A DNA stretch of 64,000 nucleotides from Azolla caroliniana (GCA_043228905.1 JBHGNT010000009.1:5084001-5148000); one strand, 5' to 3'. Shown: positions 50,991 through 63,949, counted from the first letter of the stretch. The notes: generated by a model from the sequence alone, not told the origin. A program made the numbers and translations.

Positions 50991-53900
50991 CTTTTCTTTT
51001 TTTTTCCAAAATGAAGCTACTTTCCCATTAGTTAGGAAGGATTATTACAAAGAGACTGTACAAGGAGGCTTATACATAGAACGGGGAATCTCCCTCCGAT
51101 CAGGTTCAAGAAAAGGAGACTAGTTACAACGTCTTTCGAACTGACTACTTAATGTAAGTACCTATAGCTAAAAACGGTGCCCTTCAGTGATGGCTAGTAC
51201 GAGATACCTCCTAGGGTCAACATCGAAGGGAGGGTGGTAAGTGAGCCGGAAACAGCCAGCGTGGGGGCTGGTAGTTCCACCTTGGGCCACTTCCTCCTTG
51301 TGCCACCATAGGCGTGTTCCGCCATTTCTGCCAAAAGCGCAAACGTGCCGTAACCACGTCATTGGAATGGCTACAAACCTAGTCTAATTGCCCTCGTAAG
51401 CAGCTGATCAGCGCAAACCATATGTCCATTATCACTTCCTTCGGGGGCCGCACCAGATCCTGAAAGACCTTTAGGCAACGCGCTTTCCATACATACCACA
51501 GGGTGAAGCATGCAGTCAACATTCAAATGTCCGGGAACCTAGGGGATGCGGACTGCAAGCCTCTCTCAAATCGAATCTTGGTGATTTTGCCTCTCATGCA
51601 TACGTAGCACCAACTATCCGCATTGAGGGCGTCCATCCACCTATCAACAGAGTGATCAAGCCATGCCACAACACTCCACGATGATGTTCCTTCCACTTCA
51701 CATGCCACAAGGAGGCGAGACCCTCTATCCCATACCTTTTGATCTTGAGGGCAATCCCACAGACAATGCCTCAAAGACTCAATAGGTGAATGGCAAAATG
51801 GGCAGCCTAATGGGCCGCCATGTTTACCTAGCCATTCGCCAACGGGAACCACATTATGACCAATTTGCCACAAAAAAAACTTTATCTTTTCCGGCATGTG
51901 GAGACGCTAGAGACCCTTCCAAAAGGTAATGAGCACCTCGTTAGGGATGCCCAATGTACGCCAACCATTGCGTAAGGGGCCGTCTAGCTACAGTTGAAAA
52001 GTCTGGCCCAGTTTAGTGTTGTACTCGAAGAAATGGCGAAATCTGCCATCATGTTTCCACCTAAAATCCCCTGGATCCCATTCTAGTTCGATGAGGGGCC
52101 AACAACCATATACCCATAACTTCCAATGGGGTTCCACCTTAGCAACATTTGGGTCTGTCTTCCAAGTGTTACCAACCTGCACCACCACGCGAATAGGGTG
52201 CCAAGAGCCCCTACTCTGACTCTCCCCAAAAATTTTATCTCTTCCCGATCCGCTCACGCCCTTCAGCAACTTAACCCTTCCAGCCTCATCAAAGAGACCG
52301 AACCAACCATCTTCACTCACCTCCCCCATTGGAACCCTATCAACTGCCTCAACTATCAATCTCCGCATTTTCATGGCTCCCTTGAGGGGAGGGAATGAGA
52401 CCTCATGGGCTCCTCCTAAAGCCACCGTGCGTCGCCAATCATCTATAGAGTGGAGCCCTGTTTGTGCCAGCTTTCCCCATGCTAGAACCTTAAGCTGCTC
52501 TAACATCATGTCGTCACTTGTTTGCACCTGAGGGTTCCAAAATAATGGTAACCTAGACCACTCGATTAGTGTCTCCGGCGTGTGCTTGACCAAATGATGT
52601 CGTACGTGACACCATGGCTGCAAGATGGAGTTCGTGACCCTCTCCTCCGGAAGACAAGCCATCTTGGGTGGGACTCCTCTCGTGCAACACCAATTCAAGG
52701 AGTCGGGCCAAGGCCTACCATACTTGGGAGTCCCTGACTACAACCTATTGCGAAGTAGAACCTTCCAACACCCCTTACCTGGCAGGAGGCATCAAACCAC
52801 CATTTTGGCTAGCAATGCTCGGCTCTGCATTAAGGGGTCGATGAGGCCAAGCCCCCCTTTGGCCCGTAGTTGTGTTAACCAATGCCATGACACTCTGGCG
52901 GCAACCATCGGGTTGTCCTTACTTGGCCATATAAACCCCCCTGATGACAGCCTTAATCGCGTGCAAACTTGAAGGGTCTATAATCCAGCAGGAGACCGAG
53001 TGCCACATGGTGGCGTGCATCACTTGGTTCGCAATAAGAACCCTACCAGCGAAGGATAGTTTAGACCTGCTCCATTGGTTCAACTTCTTGCTTAGTTTGG
53101 CTTGCACATGGGACAATTGCGTTACCTTGGGGATTGCCCTCCCCATCGTAAATCCGAGGTACTTGAATGTCATCCTATCAGGGACCCATGCAAAATCAGC
53201 ATGGGGATGCCACCTTGGCTTCTCTTGTTCGCTGAACCAGAGGCCTTGGGTTTTATCCCACTTGACCTTGGCACCAACTACTTGACAAAAGTCCTCGACA
53301 AGATGTTCAACTCGCTGCAAATTTGCATCATCGCCCTGCAAGAAAAGGACCGTATCGTCGGCATATTAAGATAACAAAAGATGTTCAGTCACATTGGGGA
53401 TGGGCAATCCCCTCAGTCTCCTGCTTGGTGTTTGTAGTCATGAAGAAAACCAGCCATGGGCGGAATTGGAGAAAAAGGGGCATGAACCGGCTCTTACATG
53501 GGTGGACGCTGAACTGATATTTTGTACATGATTCATAATTAGGTCGGCCGATGTAAATACTAGGTAGTGTGCATTTATTAAGGGATTGTGCGTATCTTTG
53601 TCGAAAGGGACAGGGAATAAAGTGGTTTTGACTAGGGAGAAAGGGGCACCGTGTTCCTGCAAAAGCAATATGTCAATGTTGCCTCCGATATTAAGGGGAT
53701 TCAACTCCTCCCAAAGTCTTTTGCACTCAAGTTGTTGCCGGCCTCCACCAAGGCCCTGCACATTCCATGTTAGAATCCTCATTTGAAGGCGGTGAGGTTG
53801 ACGCCCATGTCGGGGCTGACCCCCATGTCAGGGGGCAAACTATCATCTACTTCAGGGGGTAGGGACTCCACAGTAGATTGGAGATGGTCTGCCTATTTTG

Positions 53901-54160
53901 CCCTTGATCGTGCCCGTCCGTATCCATGACTTCACTAATCTGAGGTCACCACCACATTCACGTTCCATGATGAGGGGGGCCTTTGTCAACATCTCCTCCG
54001 GGGTGGACGATATCTGTTGTGGTTGCATCTCCATTGGGGTGGAGAACATGAGCTTGGGGGACAAGGATTCGCATGGGGACAACGTTGCTGCCAATGCTTC
54101 TGGGTCGCCATCCCCTAGCCCTTGGAGCAATGTAAATCTGTTGGACGCTCTCACATGTAG
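50991..54160 (-). mobile_element. L1/Tx1-type LINE, internally deleted and degenerate
   Basis: ORF1 tail (SNRFTLL, 54154); ORF2 start MRILTWNVQGLG..DILLLQEH (53782); YADDTVLF (~53365); FKYLG, LSFAGRVLI; zf-RVT KIKFFLWQ...CPFC..ESLRHCLWDCP. A-rich tail seen as a T-run at 50992-51005. Confidence 0.85.
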
Positions 54161-54162
54161 GT

Positions 54163-54703
54163 TGTGAAGTTAAAATCGTTGCCGGAAACAACCGGTTGTA
54201 CGTGTGCGGAATAATAGTCAATCTAATGGAAAGGAAAAACAGAATACAGGAACTGAGAATGACATAGATTTTAACGTGGAAACTCGAACCGGGAGAAAAA
54301 CCACGTGGAGTTCACAAACTATGAGTCTTCAAAGACATTCCCCAAGAGAGAGTAGTTGTTGTAGTGAGTTAATGAAGAGAGAGGGTGACCTTATATAAAA
54401 CACCTTTCTCCTACTTCATAAAGAGTCGGTTGTGACTCCTTGTAATGCTACATTTTGTATCTCATATTCTCCTTGTGAATATACACTTTCTTCTTGAATA
54501 TGCTATTTTCCATTCTATCTAATCTATCCTGTGTTTTCTCTTTTCTTCTCTCTTTCCTCTCACACATACACATAACACACATCTCTTTCCCTGCACAAGA
54601 ATCATATCTGATTCTTTACAAGGTGGAATTTTAAATCTTTTACTTCTACTTCACTTTTTCATCTTAGAGCTATAGCTTTAGTTCTTCCTCTCTCCCTCTC
54701 TCT
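54163..54703 (-). mobile_element. LTR-like segment truncating the L1
   Basis: Starts tgtgaag; contains cgtggaaac..gggagaaaaaccacg, also seen in the two solo LTRs below; TATA on minus strand. Ends and TSD not resolved. Confidence 0.4.
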
Positions 54704-55452
54704 TGACGGGAACTCAATGCTCCTTATGCGCAACGCTCGGCCACAACCGAGCTTAGAATGATACACAGAAAACGGGAAATAAAACACGACACAAAGAAGA
54801 GGAAGATACACAGGAGGTCTACGTGGAAAAACCCCAAACTAGGGGAAAAAACCACGGCAGCCCACATGCTGCAAACTGTCACTATGTAAGAATGTACAAC
54901 AGTGAGTTCACTGAGGCAACGACCTCGTGCTCACAGATCTTCGCCACAGGCGGCGGTTACAACAGAGGCAACAACCTCTTTCTCTCTCTCTCTCTCTCTC
55001 TGTACACAGTTACGCGCTCTCTCTATTCTTTTACCAACAAGAATGACAACCACAACAACAGTTTGCCCTAAGTCATATTTATACTAATATGACTTTTCGG
55101 CTATTTACAAATATAGCCTCGATGGACTCTCAGAAACATATTTACGAATATGTCTCTTCATCCGGTTCATACCGGGTCTGCACCATCCGGCTCTCCGTAG
55201 CCGGATACTCCTCATCCGGTTTTCACCGGGTCTGCACCATCCGGCTCTCCGTAGCCGGGTACTCCTCATCCGGTTCTCACCGGGTCTGCACCATCCGGCT
55301 CTCCGTAGCCGGGTACTCCTCATCCGGTTCTCACCGGGTCTGCACCATCCGGCTCTCCGTAGCCGGGTACTCATACGGTTTCGGCCTCGGCCGAGTTTGT
55401 TCATCAGCACTGTCCTTCTCCCTTCCCATCTGGAGGGACCTGTCTCCCAACA
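54704..55452 (-). mobile_element. Solo LTR, 749 bp, inserted in a CT-rich tract
   Basis: tg...cccaaca; flanks tctct/tctcc; collinear with the solo LTR at 60704-61300. Confidence 0.8.
55154..55380. repeat. 54-bp tandem repeat, 4 copies, within the solo LTR
   Basis: tcatccggtt anchors at 55158, 55212, 55266, 55320. Confidence 0.95.
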
Positions 55453-56233
55453 TCTCCCTCCCTCCCTCCCTCACACACACTCTCTCATTACGCCTTGATC
55501 CTCATTAATAATGTAACACGTAAACCTTAAACATTAACCTTAACATTTAAGCTTTCTCATTGGTAATATCATAGTTGGGTGAACCACTAAATTTTGTAAT
55601 AGAGGCAGTTGTTTGCTTATGAATTCACATATTAATTGATGCTTGATCACTAGGAATAATACCAAAAACTCTCACTAGGATTAGGAAAGAGGTATCATGA
55701 GAGTGATGTTCTTGACAAGGTTAGAGCCCTTGAATAGGACATTCTAAAAGAGAAAACTATTGGGCTAAAAGTTCCACTTTGCCCATCTTTTATCTCTCGT
55801 GTGAACATTCATTAACCAAACTATTAAAGTAGGTAACTGTACATTGTAACAATGTTCAAGGGTTAATGTAAAAGTTGTATCTCTTTGAGCAAAATATCTC
55901 TCTATGTGTAACGGCCTCTCTCCTGTTCATTTTCTTGTTGTACAACATATCAGATCTTCTTCTACCTTGCCATATGTTGCTTGCTGGACTCACCAACAGA
56001 TCCTCATAGTCTTCTACTTTTTCAACTTGTATCATAGCTAACGGAGTCGGGCAACAACAACAACATCAACAAGGAAAGAAATCGGTTGAAAGAAAAGACC
56101 GGGTCAAAAATCTTACTTAAAACCCTAAACCCTAAACCCTAAACCCATCATGGTCGCCAAAAACTGTGTTAACTCTTAGGGTCGGACAATGGCCTAACAC
56201 AGGGTGTCTACGGAAGACATTTCACCAAAGGGG

Positions 56234-56601
56234 TGTTACGGCAATAGGATTAGACTCAACGATTAATCTGACTTAATTAGGTTACTTAGCATGATCGTCT
56301 TTAATAATCACACGCGTAAGATATAACAATGAAGGCAGAACGACAATTAAGACAGAGAGATAGCAACACTAAGCTTTATTAATTAACCGCTATTCATTAC
56401 GTTGTATCCGGGCCTTTAAATAGGTTTCCGGTCTGTATTACAAAACGGTGCCATCCGCACCTGTTCGGGATCGGTCCGGATCTGGAACGGCATACCGATT
56501 CCGGTCCGTCCGTCCACACTCATAGCTTAATTACAACCACATTCCTACTACTTAAATAACTCCCCGTTTCCCACTCTGGACTCCTTTGCCGGCCGGTAAC
56601 A
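56234..56601. mobile_element. LTR (TGTTAC...GTAACA), 368 bp
   Basis: Perfect 6-bp terminal inverted repeat and LTR-like composition; no matching TSD seen. Confidence 0.55.
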
Positions 56602-56626
56602 AACATAGTTTCAACATCCGACACAT

Positions 56627-57360
56627 GAGTGGAAATCCGGAAGTTTGATGGCAAAAACTTTGCCGTATGGAACGAGATGATGTAGGAATGTACTCATCAT
56701 CCAAGTTCATCAGATTGAAGTTACATGGTGCAACAGGTGCAACAGTAAGCTGGCTTCAATGACAGTAGAAGAATGGTGATCTTTGGATGAAATAGCCAAA
56801 TCAACCATTCGGATGCATTTGGCCCAACACGTTTATTTCAGCATTGCCAAAGAGACGTTGGCTTAAGCTGTGTGGGAGAAGTTGCAAGCCGACTACGAAA
56901 AGAAATCGTCTTCATCAAGAATTATATTGATCTGAAAATTGTTCAATATAACGTTGAAAGAATCAGAGCCGACAACCTCCCACATCAACACCTTTAGTCG
57001 GGTGTTGGCCAAATTCTCCTCATAAGGACTATACTTTGAAGAAGAAATCAAAGCCCTTGCAGTTCTCTCGAGCCTGCTCCGGAGTTGGGAGGTCTTCTCC
57101 ACCACATTCACGAACAACTCTCTGAAGTTGACATTGGATGAGGCTATCATGATGATATTGTCAGAAGATATCCGGTGCATGTCAATGGGACGCACCGTTG
57201 ACGATAATGTAGAAGACCAGTTCTTAGCAAAAACAACTTAGAGAACCGGCCGAAGCCAAAGCCGATCGAGGAGGAGAAAAGATCGTCCACGATCAAAGTC
57301 GTGGAACGGGAAGCCCAATGCCTTCTGCACACACTGTAGAAAGTTTGGTCACAACGTTAT
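56627..57360 (+). mobile_element. Degenerate Copia gag
   Basis: EIRKFDGKNFAVW..., KLFNITLKESEPTTSHINTFSRVL, ALAVLSSLLRSWEVFSTTF, zinc knuckle CTHCRKFGH; several stops. PBS-like ttgtatcatagc near 56027 and (AAACCCT)3 at 56120-56140 in the leader. Confidence 0.75.
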
Positions 57361-57362
57361 CG

Positions 57363-58240
57363 TGCCTTCTGGCGCCGGATGATTGCGTGAGTTGGGAGGA
57401 AACCACCGAGGCTTTGGACTAGGAGGAGGAGAAGTTTAAGGCTAATAAGAATATGAAAGAGAAAGGTAGGAATCTCGTGAATTTCACGAGTATAGTGAAT
57501 TAGTATTAAGAATCCAAGAAATCAACCCAAACTTTTAATAGATTAGAAGAGAGAGATAGAAAATCATGAATCACATGAGTATAATCAATTCAATCAATAT
57601 TTAGAAAACCCAAAATCTCCCCCACCCTTATTTAGTGATTGGAGAGACTAAGCATCTCTGTTCTTCCTTGCTCATGTATTCTTCTTGATCTTCGTAATCC
57701 ATCAGTTGAAGTTTCAGGAAACTCAACTTTAGGAGTATGATCATCAAAGAGTTGTTGAGCCCACTTAGGTATTTTCTTTACATGTGGCACTGACACAAGC
57801 TGAACTAGTGAGCCATTTCCATGAGATGGTTTAGCTTCCTTTTTTGGACAATGGGACGAGATTGGGTGGAATACTTCTTCAGTTGATGAGATAACTTGAG
57901 ACTCACTGTTCTCAACTAGTTGTGGTTGTTCCTCATCGAACATCACATCACGGCTTGTCAATATCTTTCTTGCCTTTGGATTGTAGAGTCGATAGGCCTT
58001 TGACTCTTCGCTATATCCGAGAATGATACATTTCTTGTTTTTAGAATCCAACTTCTTTTTGCTCACGTTTGGAACATGGGTGTAACATGTACACACCCAA
58101 AGGTTCTGAACTGCAACACTACAGGTTTCTTGCTTGAATAAGATTTTTGGTGTGTTTTCCCTTGAAGTGCCTCCGTGTAGCTCTGATTGAGGATGTAAAC
58201 TGTTGTATTCACTGCTTCAGCCCAGAATGGGCCGGTTAAT
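57363..58240 (-). mobile_element. Copia fragment: integrase C-terminal half joined to pol end, PPT and partial LTR
   Basis: FWAEAVNTTVYILN, KKLDSKNKKCIILGYSEESKAYRLY..SRDVMFDE, LRRSRR; then immediately aagggtgggggaga (PPT, ~57628-57615) with no RT between. Confidence 0.7.
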
Positions 58241-60667
58241 GCTTCAGAACAGCGTGCCCGAGAGGAAGAATCAGACGATAGAGGAGGCGTCAAGGGCGAT
58301 GCTTCAAGAGAAGCATTTGCCGAAGTTCTATTGGGCTGAAGCAGTCAGAACAACCGTCTACCTCCAAAATCGGGCATCTGCCAATGGAGGAGTGTCGCCA
58401 CATGAGTTGTACTTGAAGAAGAAGCCGAACTTGGCACACTTGAGGGTTTTCGGTAGCATCGCGTATGTGCATGTGCCGAAGGAGAAACGGAGGAAGCTGG
58501 ACGCCAAAGCCGAGAAGTGTATCTTGGTTGGCTACTCGGACGAACAGAAGGGTTATAAGTGTTATAAACCCCAAACCAAACAATCTCGCGTAAGTCGTGA
58601 TGTTGTGTTTGACGAGTCCGCGTTGTGGTACTTGCCTTCGCTTTCAACCCCTGACGACTCCATTATGATCTCTGACGAAGAGGTCAGCGAGGCTAAAATG
58701 CCTCAGGACGAAGGTGACATTGGAGCTCTTGAAGAGAGTCTGATCTCATTCAGGCTAACTAGGCTGAATGAGCGACTGAGTCGGCATGACCAGTCAGACG
58801 TAGAGCCGACGAGTACTGGAGACTTGGTCGTGCATTCCTCACCCATGAAGCCGAGGAGACGGTTTACGCGCAAAGAGAAGGGAAAGAAGAAGATGTCGGA
58901 GTATGGCACTAATAAAGACGAGTCGTGTTGAAGCAAATCCGACTCTGAGAAGAACGAAGACGAATCTTCGGAAACCAAGTCCGTGTCTGCCAAGAGGGCC
59001 TCAAAATCGGCTAATGAGCAATTACGCCGACCGACCCGCCATAAGAACCCCATGGTGCGGTTCAGATACAACGAGTACATAGCGCATCATTATGTGTACA
59101 TGACGTGAGTGGCGAAAGTGCATGAGCCGAAGAGCTACGCAGACGCGACGAAGGATGCAAAATGGTGTTCCACAATGGAGGAAGAGATGCACACATTATT
59201 GGAAAATGAAACCTTGGACCTGGTTGATGCCGTTAAGGGAGTAAAGCCGATTGGATGCACGTGGGTGTACAAGGTCAAGTACAACACCAATGACTATGTC
59301 AACTTCTACAAGGCCCGGTTAATGGTGAAGGGATATGCATAGCAACACGGCACCGATTACGATGAGACCTTTGTGCCGGTTGCGAAGATGCCAACCATCT
59401 GTGTCCTGCTTGCGGTAGCCACGGTAAAGGGGTGGCCTTTAGATCAGATGGATGTAAAGATGCGTTCTTGCAAGGAGAACTTGAGGAATAGGTGTACATG
59501 ATACAACCCCCCGGATTTCAGTCCGGAAAGAACACTTCGGCGGTATGCCGATTGAAAAAGTCCCTATACTGAGTAAAACAAACCTCGCATGCGTAAGATG
59601 CAACGATCACGCAACGCCTGCGTTGGATGGGGTTTGCGACTTCTAAATCGGAATCTTCATTGTTCGTCCGTCAAGGTTGACATGGACCGGTTAGTATTTT
59701 ACTTTATGTTGATGATATAGTCATCGCCGACGCTGACCTAGATGAAATTGGCCGTGTAAAGTTCTAGCTCGCGGCATCATTCGACATGAAAGACCTAGGG
59801 GACCTTCATTACATCCTCGGGATTGAAGTGATCCGTGCCCCCGAAGGCATATTGATCAGCCAACGATATTGCGTGCTGACTATGCTCTACAAGTTCGGGA
59901 TGGCAAACTGTAAGAGCAGCTCAACTCCTCTGGAACAAAAATGTCAAGCTTCGTTGAGATTCGGGAAAGGCATGCGACTTGACACGGTTCCAACAGATTG
60001 TTGGAAGCCTAATTTATTTGACGATCACTCGGCCGGATCTCAATTATCTGGTCGGCCTGATCAGACAATTTATGTCGCAGCCCACGAATGAACACCTTCA
60101 GTGCGCACAAAGGATATTGCGGTATGTCAGCGGCACTAAGGACATGGTGTTGCTATATCGGGCAGGAGCAGCCGAGCAATTAGTTAGTTACACGGATGCC
60201 AACTGGGCCGGAAATGCCGACGATCGTACATCAACATCTGGATATGCATTTTCATTAGGAAGTGCGGTGATTGCATGGAGCAGTAAAAAGCAGCCGACAG
60301 TGGCACTGTCCAACACAGAGACCGAGTATTGAGGAGCGGTTACCACTATGTGTGAAGTCATCTGGCTCAAGAGGGTACTCAAGGATCTACAAGTGGAGGT
60401 GTTCGATCCGACGACGATCTATTGCGACAACCTCAACAACATCGAACTTGTGAAGAACCCCGTCTTCCACGCCCAAACCAAGCACATTGAGGTGCACTAC
60501 CATTTTGTCCGTGAGCGTGTCCTCTCCAGTGCAGTTGAACTAGTATACGTTCAAACAGATTGGCAGATTGCCGACATCTTCACCAAGCCGCTTCGTCTCG
60601 ACAAGTTGCGGCAATTCTTAGGTGCGCTTGGTTTGTGGCATCTCGACGTGCCGAACTTGAGGGGGAG
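58241..60667 (+). mobile_element. Degenerate Copia pol (integrase-RT-RNase H)
   Basis: ERKNQT..YWAEAVRT, KLDAKAEKCILVGYS, EPKSYADA, WVYKVK..YKARL, LLYVDDIV, MKDLG, YTDANWAG, SKKQPTVALS, TKHIEVHYHFVRE, IADIFTKPL; multiple stops and frameshifts; purine tract gagggggag ~60659-60667. Confidence 0.9.
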
Positions 60668-60703
60668 AAAAGGCCAGGAAAGGGAGCAGGAAAGAAGTGG
60701 AAA

Positions 60704-61300
60704 TGTAAGGACTACACGCTCTCAAAGACAACGCTCGGCCACAACCGAGTCTAGGATCAAACACAGAAAACGGGTAATGTATGCACGACACAGTAAAGAG
60801 AAGAGTACACAGGATGTTTACGTGGAAAACCCAAACACGGGAAAAACCACGGCAGTCCACACACTGCAAACAATCACTATGTTACAATATACAATAGATG
60901 AACACAGAGGCAATGGCCTCTTGTTCACTATCTTCGCCACAGGCGGCGGTTACAACAGAGACAACGTCCTCTTCGTCTCTCACTCACTCTCTCTCTCTGT
61001 GCACGGTTGCACTCAAATCTTGCACCAACAAGAATGGCCCCTACACTAAGTTTGCCCAAAGTCATATTTATACTAATATGACTTTTCGGCTATTTACAAA
61101 TATAGCCCTAATGGACTCTCAGAAACATATTTACGAATATGTCCCTTCATCCGGTGAGCACTCCTCACCGGGCCTGCAACATCCGGTTCTCACGGGGTCT
61201 TCCGTTGCCGGGTGCTCCACATCCGGATTCGGCCTCGGCCGAGTTTGCTCATCAACACTGTTCTTCTCACTTCCCATCTGGAGGGACCTGTTTCCTAACA
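60704..61300 (-). mobile_element. Solo LTR, 597 bp, 5-bp TSD GGAAA
   Basis: ggaaa|tgtaagg...cctaaca|ggaaa; same family as 54704-55452. Confidence 0.9.
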
Positions 61301-61400
61301 GGAAATGACCGCGAAGCTGAGTTGGATGAAGAATTCGATTTCGGGTCGTCTAAAGAAGGCGAAGGCGGAAACAAGGGTGTCGCGAAGTTTCACGTGCATG

Positions 61401-63949
61401 TGTTACTTGGGCGGGACCATGGGGGTCTTGGACTAGGGAGTACTCAAGAGATAGAGAAGACCCGAGGTTTGCTTTACGACAATACTACTTCCCGACCCTT
61501 CCCGACCCTTCCCGAGCAAGGTCTCGTTGCCCTTTGTTTTGTGAGGCCGGTGGCTCTCGTTGATCATGAGTTGTCGACCTTTCGAGATCACCGCACGAGC
61601 CAAGTGATCAAACGGGTACAAGCAAGATGAGCACGTAAGATGAACGCACAAGGGGACGATAACAGAAACACAAATGCTCGTACGTCTTTATGAGGAGGAG
61701 AGGTGCATGAGCACGCCCAAACGCTCCCTCGTCACAAGACGTCGAATGTATGAGGAAGACACAAAACACACGCACAAATGCTCATACGCCTTTATGAGTA
61801 GGAGAGGTGCACGGGCACGCCCGAAATGCTCCCTCGTCACAAGACGGTCGAACGTACAAGGAAGACACAAACACACGCACGAAATGCTCATACGCCTTTA
61901 TGAGGAGGAGAGGTGCATGGGCAAGCCTGAACGCTCCCTCGTCACGAGACGACCGAACATATAAGGAAGACACAAACACATGCACGAAATGCTTGTACGC
62001 CTTTATGAGGAGGAGAGGTGCATGGGCAAGCCCGAATGCTCCCTCGTCACGAGACGACCGAACGTACAAGGAAGACACAAACACACGCACGAAATGCTCG
62101 TACGCCTTTATGAGGAGGAGAGGTGCATGGGCAAGCCCGAAACGCTCCCTTGTCACAAGACAACCGAACGTACAAGGAAGACACAAACACGCACACACAC
62201 ACACAAATGCTCGTACGTCTTTATGTGGAGGAGAGGTGCATGGGCACGCCCGAAACGCTCCATCGTCACAAGACGGCCGAACGTACAAGGAAGTCACAAA
62301 CACACACACAAATGCTTGTACGCCTTTATGAGGAGGAGAGGTGCATGGGCAAGCCCGAAACGGTCCCTCATGACAAGACGGCCGAACGTACAAGGACGAC
62401 ACAAACACACGCACAAAATGCTCATACGCCTTTATGAGGAGGAGAGGTGCATGGGCAAGTCTGAAACGGTCCCTCATCACAAGAAGACCGAACGTACAAG
62501 GAAGACACGAGCAAAGAAAGAAGGAAAGACACGAATGATATTGTGAAATGCTCAAGATGTGAAATGCTCTCAAGAATAGCCCTTCTTTCATTATGTCTCA
62601 AGTTACATTTTATAGACTCTCTCTTAGCGTGGAGGGTGTTCTCCCGCTCCAATTAGCTCTACTAATTATGGGGCTTGGTGGGGGCCTAGTTTGGGTGTGG
62701 TGCATGAGGCTTGGTAGGGGCCTAATTTGGGTGTGGTCTATGTGTGGTGCATGGGGCTTGGTAGGGGCCTAATCTAGGTGTGGTCCATGTGACCACCACA
62801 ATTCCCCCTTGTAAAAAAAAAGTTACTGTGCAGTTGAAGCGCGACGAGGCGTGGACGACGGTTCCAGACGGGGGGATGACACGGGCGTGGGCGTAGGCAT
62901 GAGTGTGGGCGGGGGCGGTGGTAGTTGATGGAAGGGCTTCACGCGAGACTGGTGAGCAAAGGTAGAGCGGTTGTTGGAGGCGCGGCGGAGCAGGTATGTA
63001 GTGTCGCGTATCTGCTTTTGAACTTCGAAGGGACCGATCCATCGGTGCATGAGCGATTCGCTGAGACCGCGACGACGGATGGGGAAGTAGACGAGGACTT
63101 TGTCACCGACGTGGTATTGATGGTCGACACGGCCTATATCGTGTTGTCGTTTTTGGCGTAGTTGTGCCTGGTGCAGGTTGCTCGTGATGGCTTTGCGGAG
63201 GAGGGGCTGGAGTTGTTGTAGGTGGGACCACCAAGACACTGCGTCAGCGTGGAGTCGTGTGGTTGGTTGCGGGACTGCCACTTCTGGGGGTAAGCGCGGG
63301 TCCCTTCCGTAAAGGGCCCGAAATGGGCTAATGCGGGTAGAGGCTTGCACAGTTGTGTTGTAGGCATGCGTAACGAAGGGCAAGATTCGGTCCCAGGTTG
63401 AGTGCAGCGGATCGATGTAGGCTGAGATTTGTTGTTTTAAGGTTCGATTGAGGCACTCCGTCAACCCATTCGTTTGCGGATGGTAGGGTGACGTGAATAA
63501 CTGTTGGATTCCTAGTTGTGTTGAAACGAGGCGTAGGAGCTCACCGTTGAACTGGGGTCCTCGATCGGACAAGATTTGGAGTGGGCAACCATGGGGGAAG
63601 ATGATTTTCTCCAATAGTTTGGAGGCGATGGTCATAGCCTTTGCATCTGGGATAGCGGCCATCTCAGCCCAACGCATCAAGTACTCGGTGATGACGAGGA
63701 TGAATTTGTTCCCTCCTTGTGACTCGGGAAAGGGGCCCATAATGTCCCATCCGACGATTTATAGACTCTCTCTTAGCGTGGAGGGTGTTCTCCCGTTCCA
63801 ATTAGCTCTACTAATTATGGGGCTTGGTGGGGGCCTAGTTTGGGTGTGGTGCATGAGGCTTGGTAGGGGCCTAATTTGGGTATGGTCTATGTGTGGTGCA
63901 TGGGGCTTGGTAGGGGCCTAATCTAGGTGTGGTCCATGTGACCACCACA
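61401..63949 (-). mobile_element. Gypsy LTR retrotransposon, internally deleted
   Basis: Integrase ORF 63740-62823 (GPFPES, SDRGPQF, SPYHPQTNG, RWIGPF); PPT aagggggaat at 62810-62801; 3' LTR ~62800-61401 (left end uncertain); 63761-63949 repeats 62611-62800 with 2 substitutions seen. Confidence 0.85.
61667..62510. repeat. ~104-bp tandem array, 8 copies, inside the Gypsy LTR
   Basis: aaatgctcgtacgcctttatgaggaggagaggtgcatgggcaagcccgaaacgctccctcgtcacaagacgaccgaacgtacaaggaagacacaaacacacgcac repeated. Confidence 0.95.

Noticed and set aside
54704-61300. A single full-length Copia bounded by the two related LTRs
   Set aside because: Each LTR has its own flanking duplication (tctct/tctcc; GGAAA), they are diverged, their TATA points opposite to the + strand pol, and the interior is a mosaic of fragments.
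61674-62652. Long repetitive ORFs on both strands (also 55089-55508, 15541-15909)
   Set aside because: By-products of stop-poor tandem repeats; no domain motifs.
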